Shown here: positions 1 to 9,179 of the stretch, one piece after another
How the letters are laid out: the number at the start of each line of letters is the position of its first letter
Position numbering within the stretch: the stretch's first letter is position 1
IMG/VR virus record: IMGVR_UViG_3300048579_000062
Span: 1-41,684 of that record
DNA length: 41,684 nucleotides
Strand: one strand, 5' to 3'
From: a virus
Lineage: Duplodnaviria; Caudoviricetes
Translations under genes and position numbers: made by a program
The notes under the pieces: generated by a model
Database searches by the model: none
What the model saw: only the letters and a program-made list of their open reading frames with translations
Told to the model about the DNA's origin: nothing

Positions 1-127
1 GATGCAGATATGAGGCCGGTTTCCAAGAAGAGAGCAGCCGAGAACCGGAGGCGGCGGGCGTTGATTGCGAGGATGCAAGAGGATGGCCGCCCGAGTTGTG
101 TGAACTGCGGTGCGCCGGCTGAGGATC
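1..127. repeat. Terminal overlap, copy 1 (circular assembly)
   Basis: Bases 1-127 are identical to 41558-41684. ORF 41352-41570 ends in an ATGA overlap with the HNH gene start across the junction. Confidence 0.97.
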
Positions 128-273
128 TTCACGAGCTTTTGTCCAGGGCGCGAGGAGGCAGTATCTCGGACCCGGCGAACTGTGTGCCGATCTGCCGCCC
201 GTGCCACACGTACGCGACGGAGCATCCAATCGAGGCCGAGAAGCTGGGCCTCAGCAAACGAAAGGGGAACTGA
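10..273 (+). CDS. HNH endonuclease
   Basis: CVNC...DLHELLSRARGG...NCVPICRPCH: both Zn knuckles and the HNH-type core are present. Confidence 0.85.
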   Translation: MRPVSKKRAAENRRRRALIARMQEDGRPSCVNCGAPAEDLHELLSRARGGSISDPANCVPICRPCHTYATEHPIEAEKLGLSKRKGN

Positions 274-274
274 G

Positions 275-433
275 ATGAACGCTGTGATTTGTCCACGCGA
301 ATGCCCGTCTCCCAAGACAGATCATTGCGTAGGCTGGCTTACGGATGGGCGAGCGAAGTGCTGGCACTGCGGGCGTTGGATGCCACTCGCTGAAGCAATC
401 GATTTTCCGGTGGAGGCCCGTAATGAGCAGTGA
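275..433 (+). CDS. Small Cys-rich hypothetical protein
   Basis: ATG follows the upstream stop with AAGGGG as SD; MNAVICPREC...CWHC; 52 aa. Confidence 0.7.
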   Translation: MNAVICPRECPSPKTDHCVGWLTDGRAKCWHCGRWMPLAEAIDFPVEARNEQ

Positions 434-449
434 CCCCAAAGGCCCGGAG
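412..449 (+). repeat. Gene-junction direct repeat, copy 1 (copy 2 at 1179-1216)
   Basis: GGAGGCCCGTAATGAGCAGTGACCCCAAAGG (31 bp identical), extending to 38 bp with one mismatch. Confidence 0.95.
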
Positions 450-941
450 ACAATACCTCTGACGGCGGAAGCGGACGAACACGAGGGTCACTATGCGTGG
501 GAGGTTGAGCCGTTCGACCCGGAGGGGCCGGTCGGGATCGTAATCTCAATGGCCGATGTGGAGTGCGGGCAACCCCTCGACGCGACACTGGTAGTCCTTG
601 CAGACAGCGACGATGAGCGGGAGGTCGAGTGGGCGCGAAGCACTGCGGACGACATCGCCGCTCGCCTCAATGAACATCAGGCCCAAGCCGCCACCATCGC
701 TGAGCTTCAGCGGGAGATAGGGGGCTACCGGCAGGCGCTGGAGAACTGTCTTCACCGCATCGGAAACATGTGGGGACGGCTTGGGGTACCAGTCGAAGAT
801 TGGCCGCGCTTGAAACAAGAGGTGGCTGACGGCATCTGGGGGCGGGCTGCCAACCCTGCCGAGTACACATGGAAGCTGAATTGGTCAGCATATGAAGCGG
901 CGCGGCGGGTGCTGGCCGGGAAGGAAGCCCAGAGTGACTGA
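423..941 (+). CDS. Modular hypothetical protein with coiled coil (Ead/Ea22-like architecture)
   Basis: SD GGAGG then ATG 423; starts MSSDPKGPE; coiled-coil segment QAATIAELQREI. The family label is inferred from architecture only. Confidence 0.7.
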   Translation: MSSDPKGPETIPLTAEADEHEGHYAWEVEPFDPEGPVGIVISMADVECGQPLDATLVVLADSDDEREVEWARSTADDIAARLNEHQAQAATIAELQREIGGYRQALENCLHRIGNMWGRLGVPVEDWPRLKQEVADGIWGRAANPAEYTWKLNWSAYEAARRVLAGKEAQSD

Positions 942-1200
942 GAAGTTTGAGGCAGAAACGAAAGTTGAGTTCGAGGTCAGTCATCGCGAGTCCTCAGAAG
1001 GCTTCTTTGCTTGGGGGCAAATCAAGAACGGTAAGCGAACGGTGCAACTGCGGGATCGGACACTCGACCGAAACAAGGATTGGGTAATCACCTTCGATGA
1101 GGCTCGGCAGCTTGGGGCGCTGATCGATGCCGCTATCCGTGGGGCGGAAGTGGAACATGGCAAGTGGATTCGTCGTGAGGAGGCCCGTAATGAGCAGTGA
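934..1200 (+). CDS. Hypothetical protein
   Basis: GTG start overlaps the upstream stop; ends EARNEQ, as does 275-433. Confidence 0.7.
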   Translation: MTEKFEAETKVEFEVSHRESSEGFFAWGQIKNGKRTVQLRDRTLDRNKDWVITFDEARQLGALIDAAIRGAEVEHGKWIRREEARNEQ

Positions 1201-1216
1201 CCCCAAAGGGCCGGAG
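1179..1216 (+). repeat. Gene-junction direct repeat, copy 2
   Basis: Matches 412-449. Confidence 0.95.
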
Positions 1217-1510
1217 CCAACACCCCTGAGCGCCGAACGCATCAAGGCGCAAGCCGAATTTCACCTTGAATGGCATCTGCCGAAGTATGGACACGCTGGC
1301 GACCCGTGCGTTGCGTGTCTCGGGATGACGCCATGCGCCACAGAACAACTAGCCGTAGGGGCGCTCCAGCAAGCCGCCACCATCGAGGCATTGCAGGCTG
1401 AGGTCACTACGCTGAGGACCGCGCTGGAGCGCATCGCTCAATCCGCAAAGGCGCTGCGATACGCCTCGATAGAGGATAAGGCGTTGGAGGCACTACATGG
1501 ACGTGAATGA
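1190..1510 (+). CDS. Modular hypothetical protein, paralogue of 423-941
   Basis: Starts MSSDPKGPE; contains QAATIEALQAEV. Confidence 0.7.
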   Translation: MSSDPKGPEPTPLSAERIKAQAEFHLEWHLPKYGHAGDPCVACLGMTPCATEQLAVGALQQAATIEALQAEVTTLRTALERIAQSAKALRYASIEDKALEALHGRE

Positions 1511-1928
1511 GCGCATCGCTCGAGCGTTGGGCATGGATACCGAGGCGCGCGCTGAGCACCAATGGGTGGCGCTGATAGGCGACCACAATATCGAGTGGTG
1601 CGACCGCTGCTGTGCGGCCGTGAACACTTGCTGCGGCGGGAAAATCTCGGAGGCTGGCCTATGCGAACCAGTTTTCCCCGACTACGCCCACAGCCTGGAT
1701 GCGTGTCTCCCTGTACTCGCAGACCTCGAAGCCAAAGGATACGGTTGGCGCATCGAGAGCCTTTGCATGATCGGCAAGATCACGGGTGGTGAGGCGTACA
1801 TGGCTGAGATTGGACGATGGCAGCGTGGCAATCGGACGCCTTGGAAGGTCATAGCTCAGTCGGATATTGAGGACACCCCTGCGGCTGCGTTGGCTGAGTG
1901 CCTGGCGGATGCGTTGGAGGCGAAATGA
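1497..1928 (+). CDS. Phage ABA-sandwich-like domain protein
   Basis: N-terminal NERIARALG, PDYAHSLDACLPVL and C-terminal TPAAALAECL pattern. Confidence 0.6.
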   Translation: MDVNERIARALGMDTEARAEHQWVALIGDHNIEWCDRCCAAVNTCCGGKISEAGLCEPVFPDYAHSLDACLPVLADLEAKGYGWRIESLCMIGKITGGEAYMAEIGRWQRGNRTPWKVIAQSDIEDTPAAALAECLADALEAK

Positions 1929-2134
1929 AAGCGATAGCCGAAGTGTGCCTATGCAACTGTGAGACCCCGCACATCGAAACGTTGGAGGGCGTCATCACGG
2001 TGTTCTGGACGGAGACCACTCTGACCGTGATCGCCTTGAACGGATGGGCGTTTCCGGCTGAGTACAAGTACGAAGCTGAGTACGTCGATTGGTTCAAGGT
2101 TCGGCCGGAAGCGTTGGAGGCAACTGCTGACTGA
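1925..2134 (+). CDS. Hypothetical protein
   Basis: ATGA overlap, SD GGAGG; 69 aa. Confidence 0.65.
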   Translation: MKAIAEVCLCNCETPHIETLEGVITVFWTETTLTVIALNGWAFPAEYKYEAEYVDWFKVRPEALEATAD

Positions 2135-2179
2135 GCGATCCATAGGCATTCCACGCGAAACCCGCTAGCATGACCAGCA

Positions 2180-2542
2180 GTGATCCGGTGCTTGATCGGC
2201 AACCATCTCACCCCTCGCTATCCCTGCTCCATCCACCGTCCTGACCGACGCAACAAGCAGATAGCGCAACAAGTAATCGCAAGAGACAGACGCTGCTGGA
2301 AGTGTGGAGCAACAGATAACCTGGAGGCGGGACATATCATCGCCAAGGCACAGGGCGGGCAGGATACAATGGCGAATATGCGAGCCGAGTGCGCGTACCC
2401 CTTGTGGTACCCTGTTAGCCGATGTCTCGCATACGCGGTGATACTGCGCTGGGATGGGTGCCAACCGATGTGCAATCGGCCGCTATCGACTGGCTCGCGA
2501 TGGGGTACTCGCAAAATGCGACGGCCATCAGGATCGGCGTAA
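2180..2542 (+). pseudogene. HNH endonuclease, apparently truncated after ...NMRAEC
   Basis: RDRRCWKC...LEAGHIIAKAQGGQDTMANMRAEC, but the expected xxC[N/H] is absent and the frame runs on into terS sequence. Confidence 0.6.
2405..2413 (+). promoter_or_regulatory. Extended -10 for leaderless terS transcript
   Basis: TGgTACCCT lies 8 nt before ATG 2422; no SD. Confidence 0.55.
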
Positions 2543-2820
2543 CGCAACAGGCGGTCTCGAGTTGGGTCAACGATGTGTCCTACGCGGAGCAGTTTCGGGC
2601 GGCGGTGGCGGAGCGTGCGGCGCTGTTTGCGGCCAACCTGGAGCATATCGAGCTACAGCAGGTGTTACAGGCGACGGCGGTTATTGGGCGGGCGCTGGCC
2701 GGGGAGATAGAGCGTGACCGGCGCGGCGAGCTACCCGCTGAGTTTATCGCTGCCGTTGAGCTACTACGGCCTCGCTGGCGCGCCAACGCGGGAGAGCGCA
2801 ACAAGCGATTCGGCGCCTGA
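2422..2820 (+). CDS. terS: Terminase small subunit (HTH)
   Basis: HTH (YSQNATAIRIGVTQQAVSSWV) in a gene directly upstream of terL. Confidence 0.75.
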   Translation: MSRIRGDTALGWVPTDVQSAAIDWLAMGYSQNATAIRIGVTQQAVSSWVNDVSYAEQFRAAVAERAALFAANLEHIELQQVLQATAVIGRALAGEIERDRRGELPAEFIAAVELLRPRWRANAGERNKRFGA

Positions 2821-4156
2821 CCTCCCAGCATCGTTTGTCAGCCCGCATCCGGCTCAGGATCAGTTGCTGGCGACAGCGGGGCGGTACAACGTTGGGGTGT
2901 GCGGGCGGCGCTTGGGCAAGACGACGCTGGCCAAGCGGTTACTGGCCAGCGTGGCCCTCTCGGGGCGGCCAGTGTGTTACGCCCCGCCGATCTATCCGAT
3001 GGCGCATCAGTTTTATCGCGACTTGGAGGCGGAGCTCGGCGCGTATGTGGTGCGGCGTGAGGCTAATCGGCGGCTGGACCTGGTGGGCGGCGGGTACATT
3101 GATTTTTGGTCGCTGGACAACGGCGGGGCGCGGATGCGCGGGCAGAAATACGCTCGCGTTGTCGCTGATGAGTGCCAGGACGTGTTGGGGCTGATGGCCA
3201 TCTGGGAGCGGGTGATCAGGCCGACACTGACGGATTACGCCGGGGACATGTGGTTTTTGGGCACCCCCCGGCGCGGCGGAGATTTCGAGCGGCTCTACCA
3301 GATGGGCCAGGCTGGCCGTGACGGTTGGGCGGGGCATCACATCCCAACGGCGATCACTGAGGACGGGACGGCGCGGTCTACGGTCGTAGGGACCAACAAT
3401 CCATGGCTGGCCGCACCGTTGCCCGATGGCTCGCCAGACGTAGCAGCGGTCATTGCGGAGCTGGAGGCGGCGCGTACCTCGGGCATGTCGTCTCAGGCGT
3501 TTGCCACCGAGTACCTGGCTGACTTCGAGGCGTCCGATTCCGCGCTGGTGTACCCGGAGTTTTCGCGGGCGCTGCATGTCCGGCCGGCGCGGGTGCCTTG
3601 GTCGCAATGCAAGTGGCGGCTGGCCGGGATTGACCCCGGCGGCGGTGACCCAACCGCGCTCTACCTGCTGGGTGTCGATGAGCAGGAGCACATGCACGTC
3701 TATGCGCCCGAGTTTTATCGGCGCGGGGACGTGACGGTGGACATGCTGAGCGAGTTTTTGGCGCGGGCTGACAAGGCCGGGCATGTGCAGCGCATCGTCG
3801 TCGGTGAGACGGGCGGCAACGTCGTGACCAATACGTTGCGGCGGCTTGGGTTTCCGGCGGTCAAGGCGGAGATGGCCAAGGGCGAGGGTCTGGAGCATGT
3901 GCGGTGGGCGCTGCAACACCGCGTCCTCACGATTGACCCCGGCTGTGAGGAGATGATCACCGAGTTTGGCCTGTATCGGTGGGCGCTCAAACGTGACCCG
4001 GTAGAGGGCGACCGGTACGCGACGCACATGCCTGGTGGCCGGCACGGAGATGCGATGGATGCGTTGCGGTATATAGTGATGGCCGTGATTAACTCACTGC
4101 GGGCCGCCCGGCCGGCGGTTATCGAGCAACGACGGGGGATGGTGAGAGGCGTATGA
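2714..4156 (+). CDS. terL: Terminase large subunit
   Basis: PHPAQ, Walker A GRRLGKT, RG...VVADE, GTP coupling motif, nuclease GIDPG and HGDAMDALRY. SD GGGGAG at 2701-2706 precedes GTG 2714. Confidence 0.95.
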   Translation: MTGAASYPLSLSLPLSYYGLAGAPTRESATSDSAPDLPASFVSPHPAQDQLLATAGRYNVGVCGRRLGKTTLAKRLLASVALSGRPVCYAPPIYPMAHQFYRDLEAELGAYVVRREANRRLDLVGGGYIDFWSLDNGGARMRGQKYARVVADECQDVLGLMAIWERVIRPTLTDYAGDMWFLGTPRRGGDFERLYQMGQAGRDGWAGHHIPTAITEDGTARSTVVGTNNPWLAAPLPDGSPDVAAVIAELEAARTSGMSSQAFATEYLADFEASDSALVYPEFSRALHVRPARVPWSQCKWRLAGIDPGGGDPTALYLLGVDEQEHMHVYAPEFYRRGDVTVDMLSEFLARADKAGHVQRIVVGETGGNVVTNTLRRLGFPAVKAEMAKGEGLEHVRWALQHRVLTIDPGCEEMITEFGLYRWALKRDPVEGDRYATHMPGGRHGDAMDALRYIVMAVINSLRAARPAVIEQRRGMVRGV

Positions 4157-4305
4157 CGACGTATTATCCGGTCCGCTGTCCCGATTGCGGGCGGTTGTGT
4201 TGCGAGGCAGTTGCGGGGTCAACCGTGCGTGTCCGCTGTGTCCGGTGCAGCCGGGAGTACATCCAGGAGGTTAGAGCAGCTCAGACCGCCATTACGGTGA
4301 GATGA
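4153..4305 (+). CDS. Com-like (phage Mu Com family) zinc-ribbon protein, 50 aa
   Basis: MTTYYPVRCPDCGRLCCEAVAGSTVRVRCVRCSREY...; ATGA overlaps with both terL and portal; too short for the ORF track. Confidence 0.8.
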   Translation: MTTYYPVRCPDCGRLCCEAVAGSTVRVRCVRCSREYIQEVRAAQTAITVR

Positions 4306-6266
4306 GCCAACTCAGCCTCGATCAGTTCCAGGTCCTCAAGCGCCGGATGCTGGACAGGTTTGCCGGGGGCAATCCCTCGGTCTGGGAGGTCGTCAAGACC
4401 CGCGAGCAGCACTACTACCAGGCGCCCGAGGCCGATCCGCCGATGATTGAGGGTTACGAGAGCCACACGTGGCAATCGTCGATCCTGCGGGACACCTGGA
4501 CAAAGTACCGCGCGCGGCTAACCGAAAACCCGTGGTCACCGCAGCTTTCCGCGCCCCGCTCGTCCCCAACGCTGGATGCAACGGCAGCCGACTGCGAGTT
4601 GTACCTGCAAACCATGTTTGCGGATTTGCGAAGCAGCACGGGTGATGACTTGCAAGGGCTGTTGGCGGACGGGATGGGCATCTACAACTACGGCATCCTG
4701 CATTGCTACCTCGCGGACGACGCGCTCAACGCAGCCTCAGCCAGGCTCGATTACGACGAGCGCGACGAGCTGCCGGAGGACGCCGCCGAAGCCAAACGGT
4801 ACACCGACGAGGACTACCCGGAGGACGCCGGGCGGCAGCGCAAGGGCAAATACCGCGAGACAGACGCATCGCTGATGCAGCGCCGTGATGAGGCGCGGGC
4901 GCTGGCTGACCCTCCGTGGCAGGCGAGCGTCTGGCACCCGGCGCAATGCGCCTGGGTAGAGGACCGGAGCAAGGTGGGCGGCTTTCGCTACTTTTTAACC
5001 GGCGAGCAGATCGCGGTGAGCGATTGGCTCGAGGGGCGTCTTAAGCGCGGAGACATTACCGAGTTGGCAACAGCGGCGGATGTGGGAGCGGACGGGCAGG
5101 CGGACAACTGGCGGCCAACCGCGCAGCAGGAAGATCGGGTTGTCACCCTCTGGCGGCTGTGGTCACGCGAGCACATCTACGAGTGGGTGGATGGCCTGGA
5201 CGATGCCCCGGAGAGCGAGACGTACCGATGTGTCCCCAACCGGGTGCATCGCGTGCCGTTTTGGCTGGCGCCGGGGATGGTCACGCTTAACCGGGACGTG
5301 GTGTTTCGGTATGAGCCGTTGTTGACCAGCTTGTACCGGCTCAAGCCGATCCGTGACCGGTACATGGCCAACCTGAGTGTCCTGGCTGAGGCGAGCGCTA
5401 TCCCGCGTTACTGGTGCGTCCCCATATCGGACAACAACCTACCGCCGCTCACGGACGACATGGGGCATGTGCGCGTGTTTGGGGCCAACGCGATTGAGGC
5501 CATCGTCCCGCCCGATGGCTACAAGTACGAGCGTATCGGCGGGGACGGCACGACGGGCCAGTACGAGCGGTTGCAGGCTGTGTATGACGCGGAGATGCAG
5601 CGGGCGTTGCCGGATACGGGCGTGGGAGACATCCGCGACACCACACAGCCGTGGACGGCGCGGATCATGCAGCAGGTGGGCAACATCGTCCCGTCGATGG
5701 CGATTGACCACCTCATCTGGTGCCTGTTGCCGATGGTCAAGATGATCGTTGAGGTCATGGCGGACGAGGTGGACGGGCCGGGCGACGTGGCGTTTTTCCC
5801 CAAGGACGGCAAGAGCCTGATCAAGCTCGCGCCCGCCGATTGGGAGGGGCTGCGGGCGGATGTCACGATTGACAAGATCAGCGCGGTAGAGCGCACCACG
5901 GCGATGCAGGCGGGGTTGCAGTATGTGGAGAGCGGGGCATGGACGTGGATTGACTGGATTGAGCAGGCCGAGGGCCAGCCCGACCCGCAGCGCACGTTTG
6001 TTAAGCGCGAGACGTTTAAGTACTGGCAGGCCAGCGTCCTGCCGTTGCAGATGAAAGAGGCGGCGGCGAAGGCACTGGGCAGCAAGTACAGCATGCAGCC
6101 GGTGAGCCAGCCGGGGGATACGCCGTTTGTGGGCGGGGATGGCAGGGGTGTTATGCCGGCCGAAGTGCTGGCGCGAGGGACCGCGCCGCCGGAGGGGACG
6201 CAAATGGCGGACATGGCCACGTTGCAGGCTCCGGAGACAGCGCCGGTCCAGGGGTTGGGGGGATGA
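4302..6266 (+). CDS. Portal protein
   Basis: 654 aa largely helical protein after terL; assigned on position and size. Confidence 0.8.
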   Translation: MSQLSLDQFQVLKRRMLDRFAGGNPSVWEVVKTREQHYYQAPEADPPMIEGYESHTWQSSILRDTWTKYRARLTENPWSPQLSAPRSSPTLDATAADCELYLQTMFADLRSSTGDDLQGLLADGMGIYNYGILHCYLADDALNAASARLDYDERDELPEDAAEAKRYTDEDYPEDAGRQRKGKYRETDASLMQRRDEARALADPPWQASVWHPAQCAWVEDRSKVGGFRYFLTGEQIAVSDWLEGRLKRGDITELATAADVGADGQADNWRPTAQQEDRVVTLWRLWSREHIYEWVDGLDDAPESETYRCVPNRVHRVPFWLAPGMVTLNRDVVFRYEPLLTSLYRLKPIRDRYMANLSVLAEASAIPRYWCVPISDNNLPPLTDDMGHVRVFGANAIEAIVPPDGYKYERIGGDGTTGQYERLQAVYDAEMQRALPDTGVGDIRDTTQPWTARIMQQVGNIVPSMAIDHLIWCLLPMVKMIVEVMADEVDGPGDVAFFPKDGKSLIKLAPADWEGLRADVTIDKISAVERTTAMQAGLQYVESGAWTWIDWIEQAEGQPDPQRTFVKRETFKYWQASVLPLQMKEAAAKALGSKYSMQPVSQPGDTPFVGGDGRGVMPAEVLARGTAPPEGTQMADMATLQAPETAPVQGLGG

Positions 6267-6613
6267 GCAAACGAGAGACGCTGAGTGACGAAATGGCGGC
6301 GGAGCTGGAGGAGCTTATGCGCGTTGCCGCCGAGGAGATCGCAGAGCAAATGGAGGCGTTTGCCGCGCAGGTGCATGACACGCAGGGAGACGACGAGTTT
6401 ACCGCGTGGTTTTTGTGGATGGTCGCGCAGTACGGGCCGGAGTGGGCGATGGCATTGGAGGCCAAGGACGCGGAGACGGGGGAGGCGCTGGTAGAGGGCG
6501 GCGAGCGGGTGCTGAAACGCTGGCTACGGATTGTAGCCGGGCTGACCGGACAGGAGGAAATAGGCGCTCCTGTACAAGCGACTGAGGCGGTGACGCATGG
6601 CTCGACAATATGA
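6263..6613 (+). CDS. Acidic hypothetical protein
   Basis: ATGA overlap with portal; 116 aa. Confidence 0.8.
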   Translation: MSKRETLSDEMAAELEELMRVAAEEIAEQMEAFAAQVHDTQGDDEFTAWFLWMVAQYGPEWAMALEAKDAETGEALVEGGERVLKRWLRIVAGLTGQEEIGAPVQATEAVTHGSTI

Positions 6614-9179
6614 CGGTTACGGCAACTACACAGACGACGATGGAGCGACATGGGTAGGTGTCGGCCCCAATGCTGGCCAGTTCTACTATGGCGGCACGTG
6701 GCACGACTTCCCGCCAATTGGTAGTGCCAGTTCTTCCAGCGGGATTACCTACGGCCCGCGCCAGACCGATACAGATGGCTCCGTGACGGGGACGCCGGGC
6801 GCGACCTACCAGATGGGGAGCAACGGACTCCCTGCATCCATCGTGCGCCCTTCTACGGGCGGCGGCGGCTCCTCATCTCCAACCACCGTTTACATCAACC
6901 AGAACCCGGGCGAGCTGTACCAGACCATCGTCTCCGACGGCACCGATGGCTACCCGGCGGGCACGGTCTACCAGGTCAATCAGCTGACCGGCGCGGTGAC
7001 CGTCAAATCGCGGCCCTCAACCTCCGAGCCGGCATCGCTCTGGAATGACCGCAACGGCGACGGCTATGACGACCAGACGGGCTTGCCCAATGGTGTCGTG
7101 CGGGACAGCAAATCACCCTCGGGCTACCTCTACCAGGGCAAGCCGGTAAACGCCGATGGCAGCCTCTACACGGGCAGCTCGGCGGGTGGGTCTGACCTCG
7201 ACCTCTCCAACAAGATCACGCTCAACGGGCAGGTCTACGTCTGGTCGAACAAGGACAATAAGTACGTCCTTGCGCCGGGATTGCCGGTTACCAGCGGCCC
7301 CGGCTCGACGCCGTCATCGGGCGGCACGTACAGCGCCTCTGGCTCGGCCACCTCGCGCACCATCCTGAGTTCGGGCGGCGGCAGTTCGTCCGGTTCCGAT
7401 CGGGACTACGCGGCGGAGGACGCGGCGAGCGATGCCCGCACGGCGGCGATGCAGGAGGCCCAGCGCAAGTGGCAGACAGCCGAGAACGATAAGGACCGCG
7501 CACAGGCGGCGGCACAGTTCCAGGCGACCTACGGACTGAGCGTCCAGCAGTTCGCCGAACAGCAGCGCCAGGCACAGGCAAAGGAGCGTCAGCAGGCGAT
7601 CACCGATTTCCGGTCGGCGGTGAACGATACCGACCCGAACGCGGTGCGGGCATGGCTGTACGGCAATGGGGCGCAGCAGGGCGGCAACATCCTCAACCGG
7701 ATCAGCGAAGGTGGCGACGCGCTGTCGCCCAATGCACTGGCTGGCGCGGCGGCGCTGTTGGGGACGCTCAGGGGCACGCCGGCGGCCTCATTGGGGAGTT
7801 GGCTGGCTGACTATCCGGGGCTGGCGAACATCGCTGCTACGGGCCTCTCAGGGGCGACCGGAGAGGTATTGCCCGCCGGGAGTCCGTTGCCCCCGGGGAC
7901 GCAGGATGTCACCGGGACAACCACGACAACGCCGGGGAAGACGAACCCGGTAACGGGACAGGTAGGGAGCGGCCCGATTCCGCCGTATATCACCGGGGCG
8001 GACGGCAAGCAGGTGCTCAACCCCGCCTATGTCGTGGAGCAGGGCAAGTTGCGCCAGCAGGAAGCGGCACAGGCCGAGTGGGCCAAGCGGACGGGCTGGT
8101 ATCCAGTCTCGGGGCCAGCCGGGATCGTCTACACCGAGTACGCAAACGGTGTCCCCACGGGCAAGCAGATGAGTCAGGCGGAGTTCGGGCAGTTCCAACA
8201 GAACAACGACCCGCAAAGCTTCCTCTCGAAGTTCTACGAAGGGGCATCGGTTTCTGGCGGTTACGGCGGCGCGCTGTCCGGTGGCCTTGTCATCAAGCCC
8301 AAGACGTATGACGAGCTGGGGCAGGCCAGCGGGACGGACTCGCAGACGCTGATCCCCTGGGCAGCGGGTTACCAGCTACCGGGCCTCAAGCCAGCCGGTG
8401 AGATGCCCTACGGAAATGACAACATCCAGCGCGGGATTGACCTGCCGAACAAGACGGTTATCCCCGGCCTGGCTCGAGGGGGCGTCGCCTACGGGACGAT
8501 GCTCGTTGGCGAAAACGGCCCGGAGATTGTCCATGCGCCTGGTGGGGCGAAGGTGGTGCCAATCTCCCGCATGATGATGCGCGGGTTGCAGCGTGGGGGG
8601 ATGCCGGGTTATGCGGCGGGGACGGGCGATTCGTTCGCGCCGGTGGCCGCCGCACCGTTCGCCAGGTCGACGCCCTGGTATATGCGGCGTGGGCTGTCCA
8701 CGGCGCAAGCGCAACAGCCAGCGCCCGTGCCCGCTATCACTCCGGCTACCACGGCAGGGAGCGGGGCTGCTACGCCAGCACCCGTTGCCACGCCGGTTAC
8801 CAGTTCTCCGTCCGTGGGCTCCTCCCCGCCTCCGGCCCCTGTCGTTGGTAGCACTCCTGCGCCGGCCGCGACGCCCGCGCCACAGCCGGTCACGGTTTCG
8901 GGGCTGAGCGGAAACTACGACGTTTCGAGCCTGACCCCTGAGCAACAGGCGTTGATGGACGAAATCGCCAACTGGCGGCGGACGGCGACGGTGCCGGACA
9001 TCGGCAGCAGCCCGTATGACGTGGCCTTTGGCGCGTTGGCCCCGAGCGTGCAGCAGGCATACCTCAAGAGCATCCAGACGCGCTATGGGGTGCCCACGGA
9101 AGACCTCGCATGGGAGATCAACCGCAACCAGGCAATGATGCCGGGGTTGTCGCGAGGGACGGTGGCCGTTGGCTACTAA
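6597..9179 (+). CDS. Probable internal virion/ejection protein (860 aa)
   Basis: G/S/T/Q-rich low-complexity protein with a Q/A coiled coil and P-rich linker. ORF is clear; function is inferred. Confidence 0.6.
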   Translation: MARQYDGYGNYTDDDGATWVGVGPNAGQFYYGGTWHDFPPIGSASSSSGITYGPRQTDTDGSVTGTPGATYQMGSNGLPASIVRPSTGGGGSSSPTTVYINQNPGELYQTIVSDGTDGYPAGTVYQVNQLTGAVTVKSRPSTSEPASLWNDRNGDGYDDQTGLPNGVVRDSKSPSGYLYQGKPVNADGSLYTGSSAGGSDLDLSNKITLNGQVYVWSNKDNKYVLAPGLPVTSGPGSTPSSGGTYSASGSATSRTILSSGGGSSSGSDRDYAAEDAASDARTAAMQEAQRKWQTAENDKDRAQAAAQFQATYGLSVQQFAEQQRQAQAKERQQAITDFRSAVNDTDPNAVRAWLYGNGAQQGGNILNRISEGGDALSPNALAGAAALLGTLRGTPAASLGSWLADYPGLANIAATGLSGATGEVLPAGSPLPPGTQDVTGTTTTTPGKTNPVTGQVGSGPIPPYITGADGKQVLNPAYVVEQGKLRQQEAAQAEWAKRTGWYPVSGPAGIVYTEYANGVPTGKQMSQAEFGQFQQNNDPQSFLSKFYEGASVSGGYGGALSGGLVIKPKTYDELGQASGTDSQTLIPWAAGYQLPGLKPAGEMPYGNDNIQRGIDLPNKTVIPGLARGGVAYGTMLVGENGPEIVHAPGGAKVVPISRMMMRGLQRGGMPGYAAGTGDSFAPVAAAPFARSTPWYMRRGLSTAQAQQPAPVPAITPATTAGSGAATPAPVATPVTSSPSVGSSPPPAPVVGSTPAPAATPAPQPVTVSGLSGNYDVSSLTPEQQALMDEIANWRRTATVPDIGSSPYDVAFGALAPSVQQAYLKSIQTRYGVPTEDLAWEINRNQAMMPGLSRGTVAVGY

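Noticed and set aside
412-1216. Direct repeats as a CRISPR mini-array or IS ends
   Set aside because: Only two copies, 767 bp apart and both coding; no cas or transposase gene.
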